From contig NZ_NCKC01000008.1 in NCBI RefSeq assembly GCF_002282715.1, positions 15,992-79,991 on the forward strand: a DNA stretch of 64,000 nt, in the 5' to 3' direction. The notes beneath the pieces were generated by a model. The model was not told the origin of the DNA, ran no database searches, and was given only the letters and a program-made list of their open reading frames with translations. The translations under genes and the position numbers were made by a program. Source of the stretch: Halothiobacillus sp. 15-55-196. Lineage in GTDB: Bacteria > Pseudomonadota > Gammaproteobacteria > Halothiobacillales > Halothiobacillaceae. Every line of letters starts with the position of its first letter. Position 1 is the first letter of the stretch. Below, one piece after another: positions 30,535-42,357 of this stretch.

Positions 30535-31145
30535 TTGCCTTCTCCTTCACCTTGTTCAAGGTAACGGTAGGTTTTGGTCACAATGGTCATCACAAGCGGC
30601 GGGGACTTCATGTCCGGTTTATCTCCTTTTTCCGGCCTGATGGTTGGGTTGTGCAAAGTCACAATCCTGGGTAGGTTTGCCGTGTCGCTGATGAATTTTG
30701 CCAGCTGGTTATAGGTTCCTTCCAGGGTCAGGGTGTAGGGCATCTCCGCATAGAAGGTGTGCTTGATTTCTTGCCCCGGCTGGATCTGTTTGTTTTTAAG
30801 ACCATTCTTAAGAGAGGTCTGGGCAACATCGATAATCAGGTTTTCCGCTTCGCTTTTATTCGGCAGTTGTCTGAGCAGTTCACCAAAACGAGCCTGCATC
30901 TCCTTGAGTTGATCCTGATAAGCCTTGAGATTGGCGGCGAGTCGTTGCTTGGCCTCAATCGTTTCAAGCAAGCTCGATTCCTGACGCTGCTTTTGAGCGA
31001 GCTCATCCCGTTGAGGCAGGGTGTCGAAGTAAATGACTGCACCAACAATCAGGACGATAACGAAGAGGAAGATCACCATGCGCGTCCCGAGCGACGCAAG
31101 CCCGATGGTCTGGAAGTCCAGAGTTTTTAATTCGTTGAGATCCAT
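30531..31145 (-). CDS. pilO: type IV pilus assembly protein PilO
   Basis: A single TM segment, then a coiled coil and a ferredoxin-like C-terminus. It overlaps pilP by 4 nt. Confidence 0.88.
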   Translation of the reverse strand: MDLNELKTLDFQTIGLASLGTRMVIFLFVIVLIVGAVIYFDTLPQRDELAQKQRQESSLLETIEAKQRLAANLKAYQDQLKEMQARFGELLRQLPNKSEAENLIIDVAQTSLKNGLKNKQIQPGQEIKHTFYAEMPYTLTLEGTYNQLAKFISDTANLPRIVTLHNPTIRPEKGDKPDMKSPPLVMTIVTKTYRYLEQGEGEGK

Positions 31146-31148
31146 CTC

Positions 31149-31739
31149 TTATTGCTCCTTATTCGCATCGGCCGATTTGGGGGTTTTGACCGATGCTGTA
31201 ATCGAGAATACATATCGATTTGAAGAAGGTCCTTTTTTATCCGGGTTCTGGGCAAGAATACCCGAGCCGACAATAATGGCACTCTCAATGTAATCTGAAC
31301 CATTGAGTTGGCGAAGGTAATCAGCAACCCGTGCCTGCGCATCGGCATAACCTTGAATGGAAATGGTTTTGTCGCCTTTTATCGAGATGTCTGTTAATTG
31401 AATGCCATCGGGCAGTGTTTTAACAAACTCATCCATCAAGTGGACAATGACAGGGCGGCTCGATTGCAGTCTCTCGATCACTTGCATGCGAGCAATCAGT
31501 TCAGCCTTTTTCTTTTTCAGCTCGTTGATGGATTGAATTTTCCTGTCCAGATCCTTGATGACGCCATTGAGGTATTGATTTCGCTGATCTTGAAAGTCGA
31601 GTTGGTTTTGTTCGTACAGGTGAATACCGCCACCGATAATCAAAGCCGCGATCACTGACCCCGCGAGATGCAGAACGAAATTACGCTGCAAGGTCTGGCG
31701 GCGTTCATCTCGCCAGGGAAGGAGATTGATTTTTCTCAT
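31149..31739 (-). CDS. pilN: type IV pilus assembly protein PilN
   Basis: INLLPWRDERR, the conserved PilM-binding N-terminus. The ATG at 31739 overlaps the pilM stop (ATGA). Confidence 0.9.
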   Translation of the reverse strand: MRKINLLPWRDERRQTLQRNFVLHLAGSVIAALIIGGGIHLYEQNQLDFQDQRNQYLNGVIKDLDRKIQSINELKKKKAELIARMQVIERLQSSRPVIVHLMDEFVKTLPDGIQLTDISIKGDKTISIQGYADAQARVADYLRQLNGSDYIESAIIVGSGILAQNPDKKGPSSNRYVFSITASVKTPKSADANKEQ

Positions 31740-32833
31740 TGGTCGAAACTCCGTAAAGCGAGGCCACAAGCAACCAGCATTGAAGAGCCATGATTGGCGA
31801 GCAACTCTGCGGATATTCTTGATCCTTGGCCGATGGCAACAAACGGATTCGCGCTGCGCGTTTGTATGCCGGTTTCATTGTTAATCCGTTCAATGACGCC
31901 CGGGGTATTTGCGGTTCCGCCGCCGAGTAGGATCAGTCCGATGGTGCCGCGATTGGTTTCTGAATAGAAATACTGAATGAACCGTTCCACCTGCATCGCC
32001 ATATTATCGATGAAGGGTTGCAGTACTTTGCGATGGTAGTCATCGGGTAAAGTGTCGTTGCGTTTCTTTTCTTCCGCTTCTTCTGGCGAGAGGCCGTAAT
32101 ACATGGAGATCTCATTCGTCAGCTGTTTGCCGCCAAATGGGTGTTCCTTGCTATAGATAATATCGTCACCACTGAATACATTGATCGTGGTGGTGTTGGC
32201 GCCCACATCCAGCAGGGCGACGGGCTGGGCGCGATCTTCAGCTGTTAGGGTTGGGGCGATGATTTCTGTGAAGGCATTTTGTATGGCAAAGGATTCGACA
32301 TCCATGACATCGACGGATAGCCCAGCTGCTTCGGCTACCGCGACACGTGCCTCGACATTGGTGGTACGGGTGGCCGCCATGATGACCTGGATACTGCTAT
32401 CTTCATTGGACTGCTTTTTTTTCTGTTTTGATCCTGCTTCGGGATGAAGCGGCTCGAAGTCGAGACTGACTTCATCAATAGGGAAGGGGATATATTGATC
32501 CGATTCCATTCGGACCTGCTCTTCCAGTTCGAATTCATTGCCGGGATTACTTATGTTAAGCACCCGGCTGACGCTCGCACTGGTTGGCACGGCCATGACG
32601 ATGTGTTTGGTTTTGGCCCTGGAGCGTGACAAAGCCCTGCTTAGGGCACCTGCGACAACGTCCGTGTCTGTAATGGTTTTGTCCTGAACCGCCCCGGGCG
32701 AAATGGGTTCGATGGCAAATCCGACCGGTCGATAGCCGTTTCGGTGTTTCTCCAGCAACAGCACTTTGACTGCGGTTGAGCTGATATCAACGCCGAGACG
32801 TGGATTTTTTGAGCTAAATAATGGCACGATCAT
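31736..32833 (-). CDS. pilM: type IV pilus assembly ATPase-fold protein PilM
   Basis: Actin-like fold motifs LGVDISSTAVKVL, LLDVGANTTT and LLGGGTANTPG. Confidence 0.93.
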   Translation of the reverse strand: MIVPLFSSKNPRLGVDISSTAVKVLLLEKHRNGYRPVGFAIEPISPGAVQDKTITDTDVVAGALSRALSRSRAKTKHIVMAVPTSASVSRVLNISNPGNEFELEEQVRMESDQYIPFPIDEVSLDFEPLHPEAGSKQKKKQSNEDSSIQVIMAATRTTNVEARVAVAEAAGLSVDVMDVESFAIQNAFTEIIAPTLTAEDRAQPVALLDVGANTTTINVFSGDDIIYSKEHPFGGKQLTNEISMYYGLSPEEAEEKKRNDTLPDDYHRKVLQPFIDNMAMQVERFIQYFYSETNRGTIGLILLGGGTANTPGVIERINNETGIQTRSANPFVAIGQGSRISAELLANHGSSMLVACGLALRSFDQ

Positions 32834-32976
32834 TCCCTTCCCTTTGAGTGTGCGCTAAGGTTGCGCGCGCACTTTGTAGTCCACCGACGCATCCTAGGGC
32901 AAAACCTGTGGGTTTGTCGAATATTCTTGTAATCTTGCACCCAGTGTTGCAAAAAAACATGGCTAAATTGAACTAA

Positions 32977-35349
32977 ATGAAACTTATCAAATTTGTTGTA
33001 TATGTGCTTGGTTTTTTGTTGATTTTTGCCGTCGGTGGGGCGGGTATTCTGTATCAAATGTACAACAAGCAACTGCCTGATGTTCAGGATCTGGCGGCGG
33101 TCCAATACCAGATTCCGATGAGAATTTACGACGCTGACGGGGGCTTGATCGCCGAATTTGGTGAAAAACGTCGCTTCCCCGTCACATACGCTGAGCTGCC
33201 TAAAGTGGTCGTCGATGCCTTCACTTCTGCGGAAGATAGTAGTTTTTTTGAGCATGGTGGTGTGGATGTTCAAAGCCTGTTCCGTGCTGCATACGAGTTG
33301 GCCAAGACGGGACATAAAGGGCAGGGCGGTTCAACGATTACGATGCAGGTTGCCCGCAATTTCTTCCTGGGCAGGGAGAAAACTTATAGCCGTAAATTGA
33401 TGGAAATTCTCCTGGCGATCAAGATCGAGCACTCCTTGAGCAAGGAGCAGATACTCACGTTGTATCTGAACAAAATATTTCTTGGGAATCGGACATATGG
33501 CGTCAAGGCTGCGGCCCAGGTTTATTTTGGTAAGTCGCTGGATAAGTTGACGGTCGCTGAAGCCGCCATGCTGGCCTCCTTGCCCAAGGCCCCTTCGTCC
33601 GTGAATCCTGTTTCCAATCCCGATAAGGCGTTAGCGCGGCGCGCTTACGTGCTTGGGCGTATGCTTGCGCTTGGGAAAATCGATCAGGCTTCATATGATC
33701 AGGCCATGCAAGAACCCTTACCGGGACACCTTTTTGCGAGTTCTGAAATACAAACGCATGCGCCCTTCGTAGCAGAAATGATCCGCCAAAAATTGTTTGC
33801 CCAATATGGTGAGAAGGCATACGAAATGGGGCTTGTTGTTCATACCTCAATCAATCCGAAGGCGCAGCAAGTAGCGCGAATGTCACTGAGGGATGGTCTT
33901 CTGGCTTATGACCGTCGTCACGGTTATCGGGGCGCCGAGGATCATTGGGGATCGTTGCTTTCAGAGCCTAAAGCGCTTCTGGATAAACTCCAGGATACGC
34001 CTGTGGTCGGTGGGTTGATTCCGGCGGTGGTTTTGTCGGTTGATCCTAAAACGGCAGAGGCTCTGATGCCGGATGGTTCAAAGATCGAGCTTGGGATGGA
34101 TGCGGTGAGCTGGGCTTGTCATTATGAGTCTGTGAACCGTTGCGGCCCCAAGCCAAAGCAGATGGGTGATGTGCTCAAGGCCGGCGATTTGATTCGTTTG
34201 CAGGCAGAGGCTGACCAGCATTGGATGCTTGCCGAGATTCCGGCGGCCAGCGCGGGCTTTGTTGCCTTGGATCCGGACACAGGTGCTATTCGCGCACTTG
34301 TCGGCGGTTTTGATTTCGCGCATGACAGCAAATTCAACCATGTGACTCAGGCGGAACGTCAGCCGGGATCAGGCTTCAAGCCATTTTTGTATTCTGCGGC
34401 TCTGGATCATGGTTTTACATTGGCCACGATGATCAACGACTCACCGGTGGTGGTGAAGAATGGTGTTAGAGAAGGCGTCGACTGGCGGCCACAGAATTAT
34501 GAAAAGCACTTCGGTGGTCCAATGCGTCTGCGGATGGCGTTGGTGCATTCTGTCAACTTGGTATCGATACGTTTAATTGAAGCGCTCGGGCCCGAAAATG
34601 TACTCAAGTATGCCAGTCGTTTTGGGCTGCCCACGCAAAACTGGTCGCCTACCCCATCGATGGCCCTGGGTAGTTATACCCTGACACCATTGGAGCTGGT
34701 TAGCGGCTTTTCCGCGTTCGTAAACGGTGGGTTCCGAATTACACCCTATGTTATTACCGAGGTCGATAACGGAGATAACGCGGTACTTTATAGCCAGCCT
34801 TCGGTTAACTTGTGCGATACCTGCCCGATGGAGTCGCCTGATCCGAGTGTCGCGCCGAGAATAATTACTCCGCAGAATGCGTTCTTGATGCGTTCTGCTC
34901 TGCGGGATGTCGTGCGGATGGGCACCGGGATTCGCGCTTATCGTGCACTGAAACGAGACGATATTGGTGGGAAAACAGGCACAACCAATGAGCAGCGCGA
35001 TGCCTGGTTTACGGGTTTCGGGCCGGGTTGGGTCGCCACGGCGTGGGTCGGTTTCGATGACAACTCACCATTGGGACACCGCGAAGTCGGGGGTACCGCC
35101 GCGCTACCCATCTGGATTGATTTCATGCAGGCTATGCTGCCACCACCGACAGGTATTGCAGATGTGCCGCCACCCGGTGTGACCGAGGTCATGATCAATC
35201 CTGATACGGGAAACCGGTTGCCAAAAGGTGCTTCTGGTGGCGTACGTGAGTATTTTGATACAACCCGTGGTCCTGCGGATGAATCCGGGCTCTCTGCCCC
35301 GATTCCGGCGGATGTGGTGCCGCAGAATCTGATAAATAATTTGTTTTGA
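32977..35349 (+). CDS. mrcA: penicillin-binding protein 1A (bifunctional transglycosylase/transpeptidase)
   Basis: GT51 motifs EDSSFFEHGGVD and GGSTITMQVARN. Transpeptidase motifs SGFKP, SVN and KTGTT. It is divergent from pilM, as in Neisseria and Pseudomonas. Confidence 0.95.
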   Translation: MKLIKFVVYVLGFLLIFAVGGAGILYQMYNKQLPDVQDLAAVQYQIPMRIYDADGGLIAEFGEKRRFPVTYAELPKVVVDAFTSAEDSSFFEHGGVDVQSLFRAAYELAKTGHKGQGGSTITMQVARNFFLGREKTYSRKLMEILLAIKIEHSLSKEQILTLYLNKIFLGNRTYGVKAAAQVYFGKSLDKLTVAEAAMLASLPKAPSSVNPVSNPDKALARRAYVLGRMLALGKIDQASYDQAMQEPLPGHLFASSEIQTHAPFVAEMIRQKLFAQYGEKAYEMGLVVHTSINPKAQQVARMSLRDGLLAYDRRHGYRGAEDHWGSLLSEPKALLDKLQDTPVVGGLIPAVVLSVDPKTAEALMPDGSKIELGMDAVSWACHYESVNRCGPKPKQMGDVLKAGDLIRLQAEADQHWMLAEIPAASAGFVALDPDTGAIRALVGGFDFAHDSKFNHVTQAERQPGSGFKPFLYSAALDHGFTLATMINDSPVVVKNGVREGVDWRPQNYEKHFGGPMRLRMALVHSVNLVSIRLIEALGPENVLKYASRFGLPTQNWSPTPSMALGSYTLTPLELVSGFSAFVNGGFRITPYVITEVDNGDNAVLYSQPSVNLCDTCPMESPDPSVAPRIITPQNAFLMRSALRDVVRMGTGIRAYRALKRDDIGGKTGTTNEQRDAWFTGFGPGWVATAWVGFDDNSPLGHREVGGTAALPIWIDFMQAMLPPPTGIADVPPPGVTEVMINPDTGNRLPKGASGGVREYFDTTRGPADESGLSAPIPADVVPQNLINNLF

Positions 35350-35367
35350 TCGTGTGAGGTAACCGTA

Positions 35368-35970
35368 ATGGCAGCAACCGGTCCGGTGTCTCCAGCTGTT
35401 TTATCTTTTGCTACACGATTGTGCGTCGAAGATGCAACACTCGACCGCTTAACGGCTCTGCGTAAGGCTGCGGAGCGTTTGGATGAGCCGATCGACCAGC
35501 GGTTCGCCGCAGTGGATTGCGAGCGCCTGGAGGCGGAGATTCGACAGTATCAATTGATTTTTCGTCCGCAGCAGCATGAAGTGATCCGCAATCTCCGCGC
35601 TGAGGCAATGAAGGCCATGGACTTCTTGAGTGACTTCTCACCGCGTCTGGTCGGATCTGTATTGACGGGAACGGCAGATCGACAATCCAAAGTGACCTTG
35701 CATTTATTCGCGGATACGCCTGAATCGGTCATGACGTTTTTACTGACGAAGAACATTCCATTTACGGAGTCCGAGCGCCGCTATCACTACCGAAGTGGGC
35801 GACAGACTCGCGTCCCGGTGCTGAGTTTTGTGGCGTTCGACGTGCCGTTCGATCTGGTGGTGTTCGGTCTTGATGATATCAAGGAGGCCCCGGTGGCAAA
35901 TGGTCGCGGGGCGCTTATGACACGCGCTTCTGCGGCGAAGGTGGCATCGCTGCTTTCATCCACGAGTTGA
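35368..35970 (+). CDS. hypothetical protein with a degenerate nucleotidyltransferase-fold motif
   Basis: Starts 18 nt after mrcA. GSVLTGTADRQSKVTLHL matches the GS-x3-G-x-A-x3-S-D-[IV]-D-L pattern of Pol-beta-type NTases, but both Asp positions are replaced (K and T). Confidence 0.6.
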   Translation: MAATGPVSPAVLSFATRLCVEDATLDRLTALRKAAERLDEPIDQRFAAVDCERLEAEIRQYQLIFRPQQHEVIRNLRAEAMKAMDFLSDFSPRLVGSVLTGTADRQSKVTLHLFADTPESVMTFLLTKNIPFTESERRYHYRSGRQTRVPVLSFVAFDVPFDLVVFGLDDIKEAPVANGRGALMTRASAAKVASLLSSTS

Positions 35971-36003
35971 ATCGGTGGCCACTATCGGCGGCCGTGGCAC
36001 GGT

Positions 36004-37101
36004 TCAGGACTGGTGGTAGGGGCGGCTCAGGCGGTGTACGGCATCGACCAGTACTTTGACTTTGTTCGGGTTGACGTGTTGGTGAATACCGTGACCGAGG
36101 TTGAATACATGGCCGCTGCCTTGACCGTATGCGCTCAAGACCCGCGCAACCTCCTGCTCGATCACCGCTTCTGGTGCGTACAGCACGCTGGGGTCGAGGT
36201 TGCCTTGCAGGGCGACTTTTACCCCGATCTGTTGCCGTACGGCCCCGATGTCTACGGTCCAGTCCAGTCCAACCCCATCCGCGCCCGAGGCAGCAATTTC
36301 CGGCGCCCAGGCTCCGCCGCCTTTGGTAAAGAGGATGACGGGGATGCGCTGGCCTTCATGCGTCCGGATCAGATTTTCGACAATTTTCTTCATGTAAGCG
36401 AGTGAAAATTCCCGATATTTCTCTGGAGAGAGTACGCCGCCCCAGGTGTCGAAAATCATCAGTGTCTGCGCGCCTCGACGCACTTGGGCATTGAGGTAGT
36501 CGGTTACCGCCCGGCTGAGTTTGTCCAGCAGCAGGTGAGCGCTCGCCGGGTCGCTATACATCAAGCCTTTGATGTGGGCGAACTCCTTGGTCGATCCGCC
36601 CTCCACCATATAGGTGGCTAGCGTCCAGGGGCTTCCGGAAAAACCGATCAATGGCACCCGGCCTTCCAATGCACCCCGGATGGTGCTGACTGCGTCCATG
36701 ACGTAGCGCAGCTCGCCTTCGGGGTCGGGCAGAGGGAGTTGCTCAATGGAGCGACGATCACGCAGCGGGTTTGCAAAGACGGGGCCTTCTCCGGCGGAGA
36801 AGCTCAGGCCAAGGCCCATGGCGTCAGGAATGGTCAGGATATCCGAGAACAGGATGGCGGCATCCAGAGCGAAGCGCTCAAGGGGTTGCAGTGTGACTTC
36901 GCAGGCGAGATCCGCCGAACGGCACAGATCCATGAAGCTGCCTGCTTTCGCCCGCGTGGCCCGGTATTCCGGCAGATAGCGGCCTGCCTGACGCATGATC
37001 CAGATCGGGGTGCAGTCAACCGGTTCGCGAAGCAGTGCGCGAATAAAGCGGTCATTCTTGAGCGTCGCGGTGGCGGTTGATGTGGTGATGTCTGGGGTCA
37101 T
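36004..37101 (-). CDS. hemE: uroporphyrinogen decarboxylase
   Basis: [33 protein letters not shown] and FDTWGG. Confidence 0.95.
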   Translation of the reverse strand: MTPDITTSTATATLKNDRFIRALLREPVDCTPIWIMRQAGRYLPEYRATRAKAGSFMDLCRSADLACEVTLQPLERFALDAAILFSDILTIPDAMGLGLSFSAGEGPVFANPLRDRRSIEQLPLPDPEGELRYVMDAVSTIRGALEGRVPLIGFSGSPWTLATYMVEGGSTKEFAHIKGLMYSDPASAHLLLDKLSRAVTDYLNAQVRRGAQTLMIFDTWGGVLSPEKYREFSLAYMKKIVENLIRTHEGQRIPVILFTKGGGAWAPEIAASGADGVGLDWTVDIGAVRQQIGVKVALQGNLDPSVLYAPEAVIEQEVARVLSAYGQGSGHVFNLGHGIHQHVNPNKVKVLVDAVHRLSRPYHQS

Positions 37102-37276
37102 GCTGTGCTGAGCCTCTGATGGTGTGAAAATCCAACACGCTCAACCTGTGCGTGACACGCTGTTCAGGCTGGGGTAGGTCGAGTGTGGGTTCCCAAGCGC
37201 GCGCAAGGCGGGCCCGGGTGCTACGGCGAAAGGTTCTATGACGTATGTGGCCTGTCTCGGGACAGGCCGGGCGACA

Positions 37277-38692
<1,416 letters not shown>

Positions 38693-38807
38693 TTACCCAT
38701 TTGATTCAAATTTTATAAGAAGGGGATACCCGTCCGCGGACACCGCAAGCGGTTTGCCTGTGGTTGAAGCATCAGTCTAGGCCAACTTGATGCGGCGCGT
38801 CGAATGT

Positions 38808-39257
38808 TTAGGCGCCGAGTGCCGCCTTGACCCACTGGCTGACAGCGGCAAGATCCGCGCGCCCGGCTACTTTGGCGCGAACGGCGTTCATGACGGCGCC
38901 CATCTGGGCAACACCCTGCGCTCCGGTTGCGGCGATGGCATCGGTGATGATCTGCCGGATTTCCGCTTCGCTGAGTTTTGCCGGGAGGTAGTTTTCGATG
39001 ACCTGTAGCTCAAACTGCTCGGTTTCTACCAGGTCATGACGTCCAGCCGTTTGAAACTGGTCGATCGATTCGCGCCGCTGCTTGGATTGCTTGACCAGAA
39101 TGGCGAGAACGTCGTCATCACTCAATGTGATGCGTTCATCGACTTCCTTTTGCTTGATGGCCGCCAGCAATAGGCGAATGACGCCCAAACGCGACTTGTC
39201 GCCGGATTTCATCGCCAGCTTCATGTCGTCGGCCAGCCGGGCTTTGAGGGCGCTCAT
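38808..39257 (-). CDS. GatB/YqeY domain protein
   Basis: 149 aa with LKARLADDMKLAMKSGDK...RLLLAAIKQKEVD, typical of YqeY. It lies immediately downstream of rpsU. Confidence 0.85.
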   Translation of the reverse strand: MSALKARLADDMKLAMKSGDKSRLGVIRLLLAAIKQKEVDERITLSDDDVLAILVKQSKQRRESIDQFQTAGRHDLVETEQFELQVIENYLPAKLSEAEIRQIITDAIAATGAQGVAQMGAVMNAVRAKVAGRADLAAVSQWVKAALGA

Positions 39258-39290
39258 GCCGATATTCCTCTGTAACGCGCTAGCAGTTCC

Positions 39291-39506
39291 TTAGAACAGG
39301 CGAACGCGACGTGACTGTTCTTTGGACAGGCGCTTCTGGTTGCGTTTGACGGCAGCAGCGTTTTTACGCTTGCGTTCGGTCGTCGGCTTCTCGTAGAACT
39401 CGCGCTCACGCAGTTCACTGATGATGCCTGCTTTCTCGCAAGAGCGCTTAAACCGACGAACTGCAACTTCAAAGGGCTCGTTGTCCCGAACACGTACTGA
39501 TGGCAT
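39291..39506 (-). CDS. rpsU: 30S ribosomal protein S21
   Basis: [28 protein letters not shown]... Confidence 0.96.
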   Translation of the reverse strand: MPSVRVRDNEPFEVAVRRFKRSCEKAGIISELREREFYEKPTTERKRKNAAAVKRNQKRLSKEQSRRVRLF

Positions 39507-39615
39507 GAAAATGTATATCCTGTTGAATTAATTGGATAAGTACTGCCGGAAGCATGGCTTGGTTCATGGGGTGAGCCAAGTGGAAATTTGCATCCGGGCA
39601 ATAAAAAGGCCTTGT

Positions 39616-39643
39616 ATTATAAAGCGCCGGGCTCAGGACGCAA
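39616..39643 (-). promoter_or_regulatory. candidate sigma-70 promoter for rpsU
   Basis: The minus strand reads TTGCGT - 16 nt - TATAAT, about 100 nt upstream of the rpsU ATG. By-eye match only. Confidence 0.4.
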
Positions 39644-39720
39644 GTAGGTTGTTGCTTCAGGTGATTTTTATGAGGACTAAACGCTTTTGCCGGTCTGGTC
39701 TATGATGCGGCGCTGGCCGC

Positions 39721-40062
39721 ATGATTACCGGAGGGGCTTTTATCTTGAGTTTTGGTGATGTGCTGATTTTGATGATTATCGTGGGTTTAGCCGTCTTCTG
39801 GTGGCAACAGGACACGTTTCATCGGCGTGCGCTGGCATTGGCCAAAAGCGCCTGTGATCGGGCGGATGTGCAGTTGTTGGACGATTCAGTCGGTTTGCGG
39901 CGCATGCGCTTGCGTCGATCAAATGGTCACTTCATTATTGAGCGTCAGTTCGGGTTCGAGTTTTCGCCCTCCGGCGCTGCTCGATATCCTGGCCTCATCG
40001 TCTTTCATGGCAGCGGTGTGGATGCCGTGGACCTGGACTTATCACGTACGCTGGCCGATTGA
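39721..40062 (+). CDS. DUF3301-type small membrane protein
   Basis: 113 aa with an N-terminal TM helix (VLILMIIVGLAVFWW), then the ALALAKSACDRADVQLLDDSVGLRRMRLRR pattern typical of this family. Confidence 0.65.
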   Translation: MITGGAFILSFGDVLILMIIVGLAVFWWQQDTFHRRALALAKSACDRADVQLLDDSVGLRRMRLRRSNGHFIIERQFGFEFSPSGAARYPGLIVFHGSGVDAVDLDLSRTLAD

Positions 40063-40162
40063 TCGGCATTGATTCGTTTTTCATCCGGATCTGGTCGTCG
40101 TTATCCAGACTGGCTTCAAACTTGATTTTGGTATTGACAACATGGTTTCTCCATCCGCGCAC

Positions 40163-41353
40163 ATGAATCAACCGGTAACCCAACTGGGCGCGCCCATGTC
40201 CGTTTCTGCTGTGCGCATCATGCTGCTAGGCAGCGGTGAGTTGGGCAAGGAAGTGGCGATCGAAGCGCAGCGGCTTGGGCTGGAAGTCATCGCCGTGGAT
40301 CGTTATGCGAATGCGCCCGCCATGCAGGTGGCCCACCGCGCGTTCGTAATCGACATGCTGGATGGCAGTGCCTTGCGTGCCTTGGTCGAACGGGAAAAGC
40401 CCACATTGATCGTGCCGGAAATCGAAGCGATCGCGACCCCGACGCTTGTGGAGCTGGAAGCTGAAGGCTGGCAGGTAGTGCCGAATGCGCGTGCGGCCCG
40501 ACTGACGATGAATCGTGAGGGTATCCGCCGCCTGGCCGCCGAAGAGTTGGGGGTGCCGACCAGCCGCTATGTCTTCGCAGATTCGCTGGCGGATTTTACG
40601 CAGGCGATCGAGCAGATCGGTTTGCCTTGCGTCGTCAAGCCGGTCATGAGTTCTTCCGGCAAAGGGCAGTCGGTCGTGCGCGCCTCGGCGCAGATTCAAG
40701 CGGCTTGGAATTATGCGCAGGCAGGCGGGCGTGCCGGAGGCGGACGGGTGATCGTGGAATCCATGATCGATTTCGACTATGAAATCACCTTGCTGACGGT
40801 GCGCCACCTCGGTGGTATCACGTTTTGTCCGCCCATTGGTCATGTGCAGGTCGACGGTGATTACCGCGAGAGCTGGCAGCCGATGGCCATGTCGGCGGCT
40901 GCCTTGGCGCAGTCGGAGCAAATCGCCGCCAAGGTGGTTGATGCTTTGGGCGGCTATGGTCTGTTTGGCGTGGAGCTATTCGTGCGTGGCAATCAGGTCT
41001 GGTTCAGTGAAGTGTCACCCCGCCCACACGATACCGGCATGGTGACGCTTATCTCGCAGGATCTTTCCGAGTTTGCCCTGCACGTGCGCGCCTTCCTCGG
41101 CTTGCCGATCCCCAATATCCGCACCCGTGTGCCTGCCGCTTCGGTGGCCTTGCTGCTTGAGGGTAACAGTACCGCTCCGGTGGCGACCGGGCTGATTGAA
41201 GCGCTCGAAGCGCCGGATACGCAATTGCGCTGGTTCGGCAAGCCTGAGATTGCGGGCAAACGTCGGATGGGCGTGATGTTGGCATTGGATGAAACGACGG
41301 ATGCCGCGCGCGAAAAAGCCCGCCGCGCAGCGACACATATCCATTTCATCTGA
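40163..41353 (+). CDS. purT: formate-dependent phosphoribosylglycinamide formyltransferase
   Basis: [42 protein letters not shown] and [33 protein letters not shown] closely follow E. coli PurT. In-frame ATGs occur at 40142, 40163 and 40196; 40163 gives the homologue-like length. Confidence 0.93.
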   Translation: MNQPVTQLGAPMSVSAVRIMLLGSGELGKEVAIEAQRLGLEVIAVDRYANAPAMQVAHRAFVIDMLDGSALRALVEREKPTLIVPEIEAIATPTLVELEAEGWQVVPNARAARLTMNREGIRRLAAEELGVPTSRYVFADSLADFTQAIEQIGLPCVVKPVMSSSGKGQSVVRASAQIQAAWNYAQAGGRAGGGRVIVESMIDFDYEITLLTVRHLGGITFCPPIGHVQVDGDYRESWQPMAMSAAALAQSEQIAAKVVDALGGYGLFGVELFVRGNQVWFSEVSPRPHDTGMVTLISQDLSEFALHVRAFLGLPIPNIRTRVPAASVALLLEGNSTAPVATGLIEALEAPDTQLRWFGKPEIAGKRRMGVMLALDETTDAAREKARRAATHIHFI

Positions 41354-41394
41354 CGTTGCAATGTTGAGCGTGACCATGCCGCATAACAATTAAC

Positions 41395-41537
41395 GGGCAC
41401 CTCGAAAAACCTACTGCGCGACACAATTGCTGCGTTGGGCTGTGCTCGCTCCCTCACCTATCTATTTGATATGTCTCGGTCGCTGCGCTCCGGCCGCCTT
41501 GCACTCGGGCCGCTCATGACGGTTTTTCGAGGTGCCC
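41395..41537. mobile_element. MITE-like non-coding element: 143 bp, perfect 17-bp terminal inverted repeats, flanking TAAC direct repeat
   Basis: GGGCACCTCGAAAAACC (41395..41411) and its exact reverse complement GGTTTTTCGAGGTGCCC (41521..41537). TAAC lies immediately outside both ends (41391..41394 and 41538..41541). There is no ORF inside. It sits in the convergent purT/ogt gap. Confidence 0.55.
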
Positions 41538-41588
41538 TAACGTATTGCGTTGGTCTGGGGGGGCAGTCTGCTGGTCAAACCTGACCAT

Positions 41589-42185
41589 TCAAACCCAGCA
41601 GCGATCGTGTTTTGGCTGATATATCGGGTCAAACGGCTTGGGTACCATGAATTTGCTTGCGGCCTGAACGACCGGGGCTTCTTCCAGACCAAGAAGGCGT
41701 GCCTTCACTGCCGTGCCACCACCAGAATAAGAGCCGAGCTGCCCATCGGCACGAACGACCCGATGGCAGGGAATCACGAATGGCAACGGATTTTGTGCCA
41801 GCGCCGTGCCCACGGCTCGGTGGGCATTGGGGCTGCCAATCGCCTGGGCGATCCAGCCATAACTTCGTACCTGGCCTCGGGGGATCTGGGCTGTCATGTT
41901 GAGCACCCTCTGTTGAAACGGCGTCAGTGTTTCAAGATATAACGGGAGGTGCACCGGCGTGTCGCCAGTAAAAACAGCCAGGATCTGTCGCGCGTAGTCA
42001 TTCAGAATCGAATCCGCCCTGATGGGTACTTCGCCCGCTGTTGGCGTGATATTTTTCAGGAATTCGGTTTCGGTTCCAGAAGAGATTCGACACAGCGCGC
42101 CGCGTGAAAAAGCGGCGAATACAAGCCCGATCGGTGTCTCGATTCCGGTGTAGGTAATGGTCGCGTTTTGTTTTAGCTGCAACAT
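41589..42185 (-). CDS. ogt: methylated-DNA--protein-cysteine methyltransferase
   Basis: Active site IPCHRVV, plus the HTH region RSYGWIAQAIGSPNAHRAVGTALAQNP. Confidence 0.9.
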   Translation of the reverse strand: MLQLKQNATITYTGIETPIGLVFAAFSRGALCRISSGTETEFLKNITPTAGEVPIRADSILNDYARQILAVFTGDTPVHLPLYLETLTPFQQRVLNMTAQIPRGQVRSYGWIAQAIGSPNAHRAVGTALAQNPLPFVIPCHRVVRADGQLGSYSGGGTAVKARLLGLEEAPVVQAASKFMVPKPFDPIYQPKHDRCWV

Positions 42186-42252
42186 TCTATTCCCTCACTT
42201 CACCACCCGCTGCGAACTTGTCATTCTGCATGATATGGGTGAATTCGTCGCG

Positions 42253-42289
42253 AAAAAAAACAGCACCGGCGAATTCCTTCGGGGTGCCG
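42253..42289 (-). terminator. rho-independent terminator downstream of deaD
   Basis: The minus strand reads GCACCCCGAAGGAATTCGCCGGTGC followed by T8. Confidence 0.65.
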
Positions 42290-42357
42290 TTTCTGTAAAT
42301 GGCTTATGAGTTACTTATCAGGCTTGCCTGTGTACGCAACTCATTGCGCGAGTTTGC

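Noticed and set aside
32415-32422. Homopolymer tracts as possible phase-variation switches: T8 in pilM (A8 on the coding strand, encoding KKK) and T8 in gltD (38633..38640)
   Set aside because: Eight-nucleotide A/T tracts are short for efficient slipped-strand switching. Both are in frame and encode plausible Lys-rich segments. A single sequence gives no evidence of length variation.
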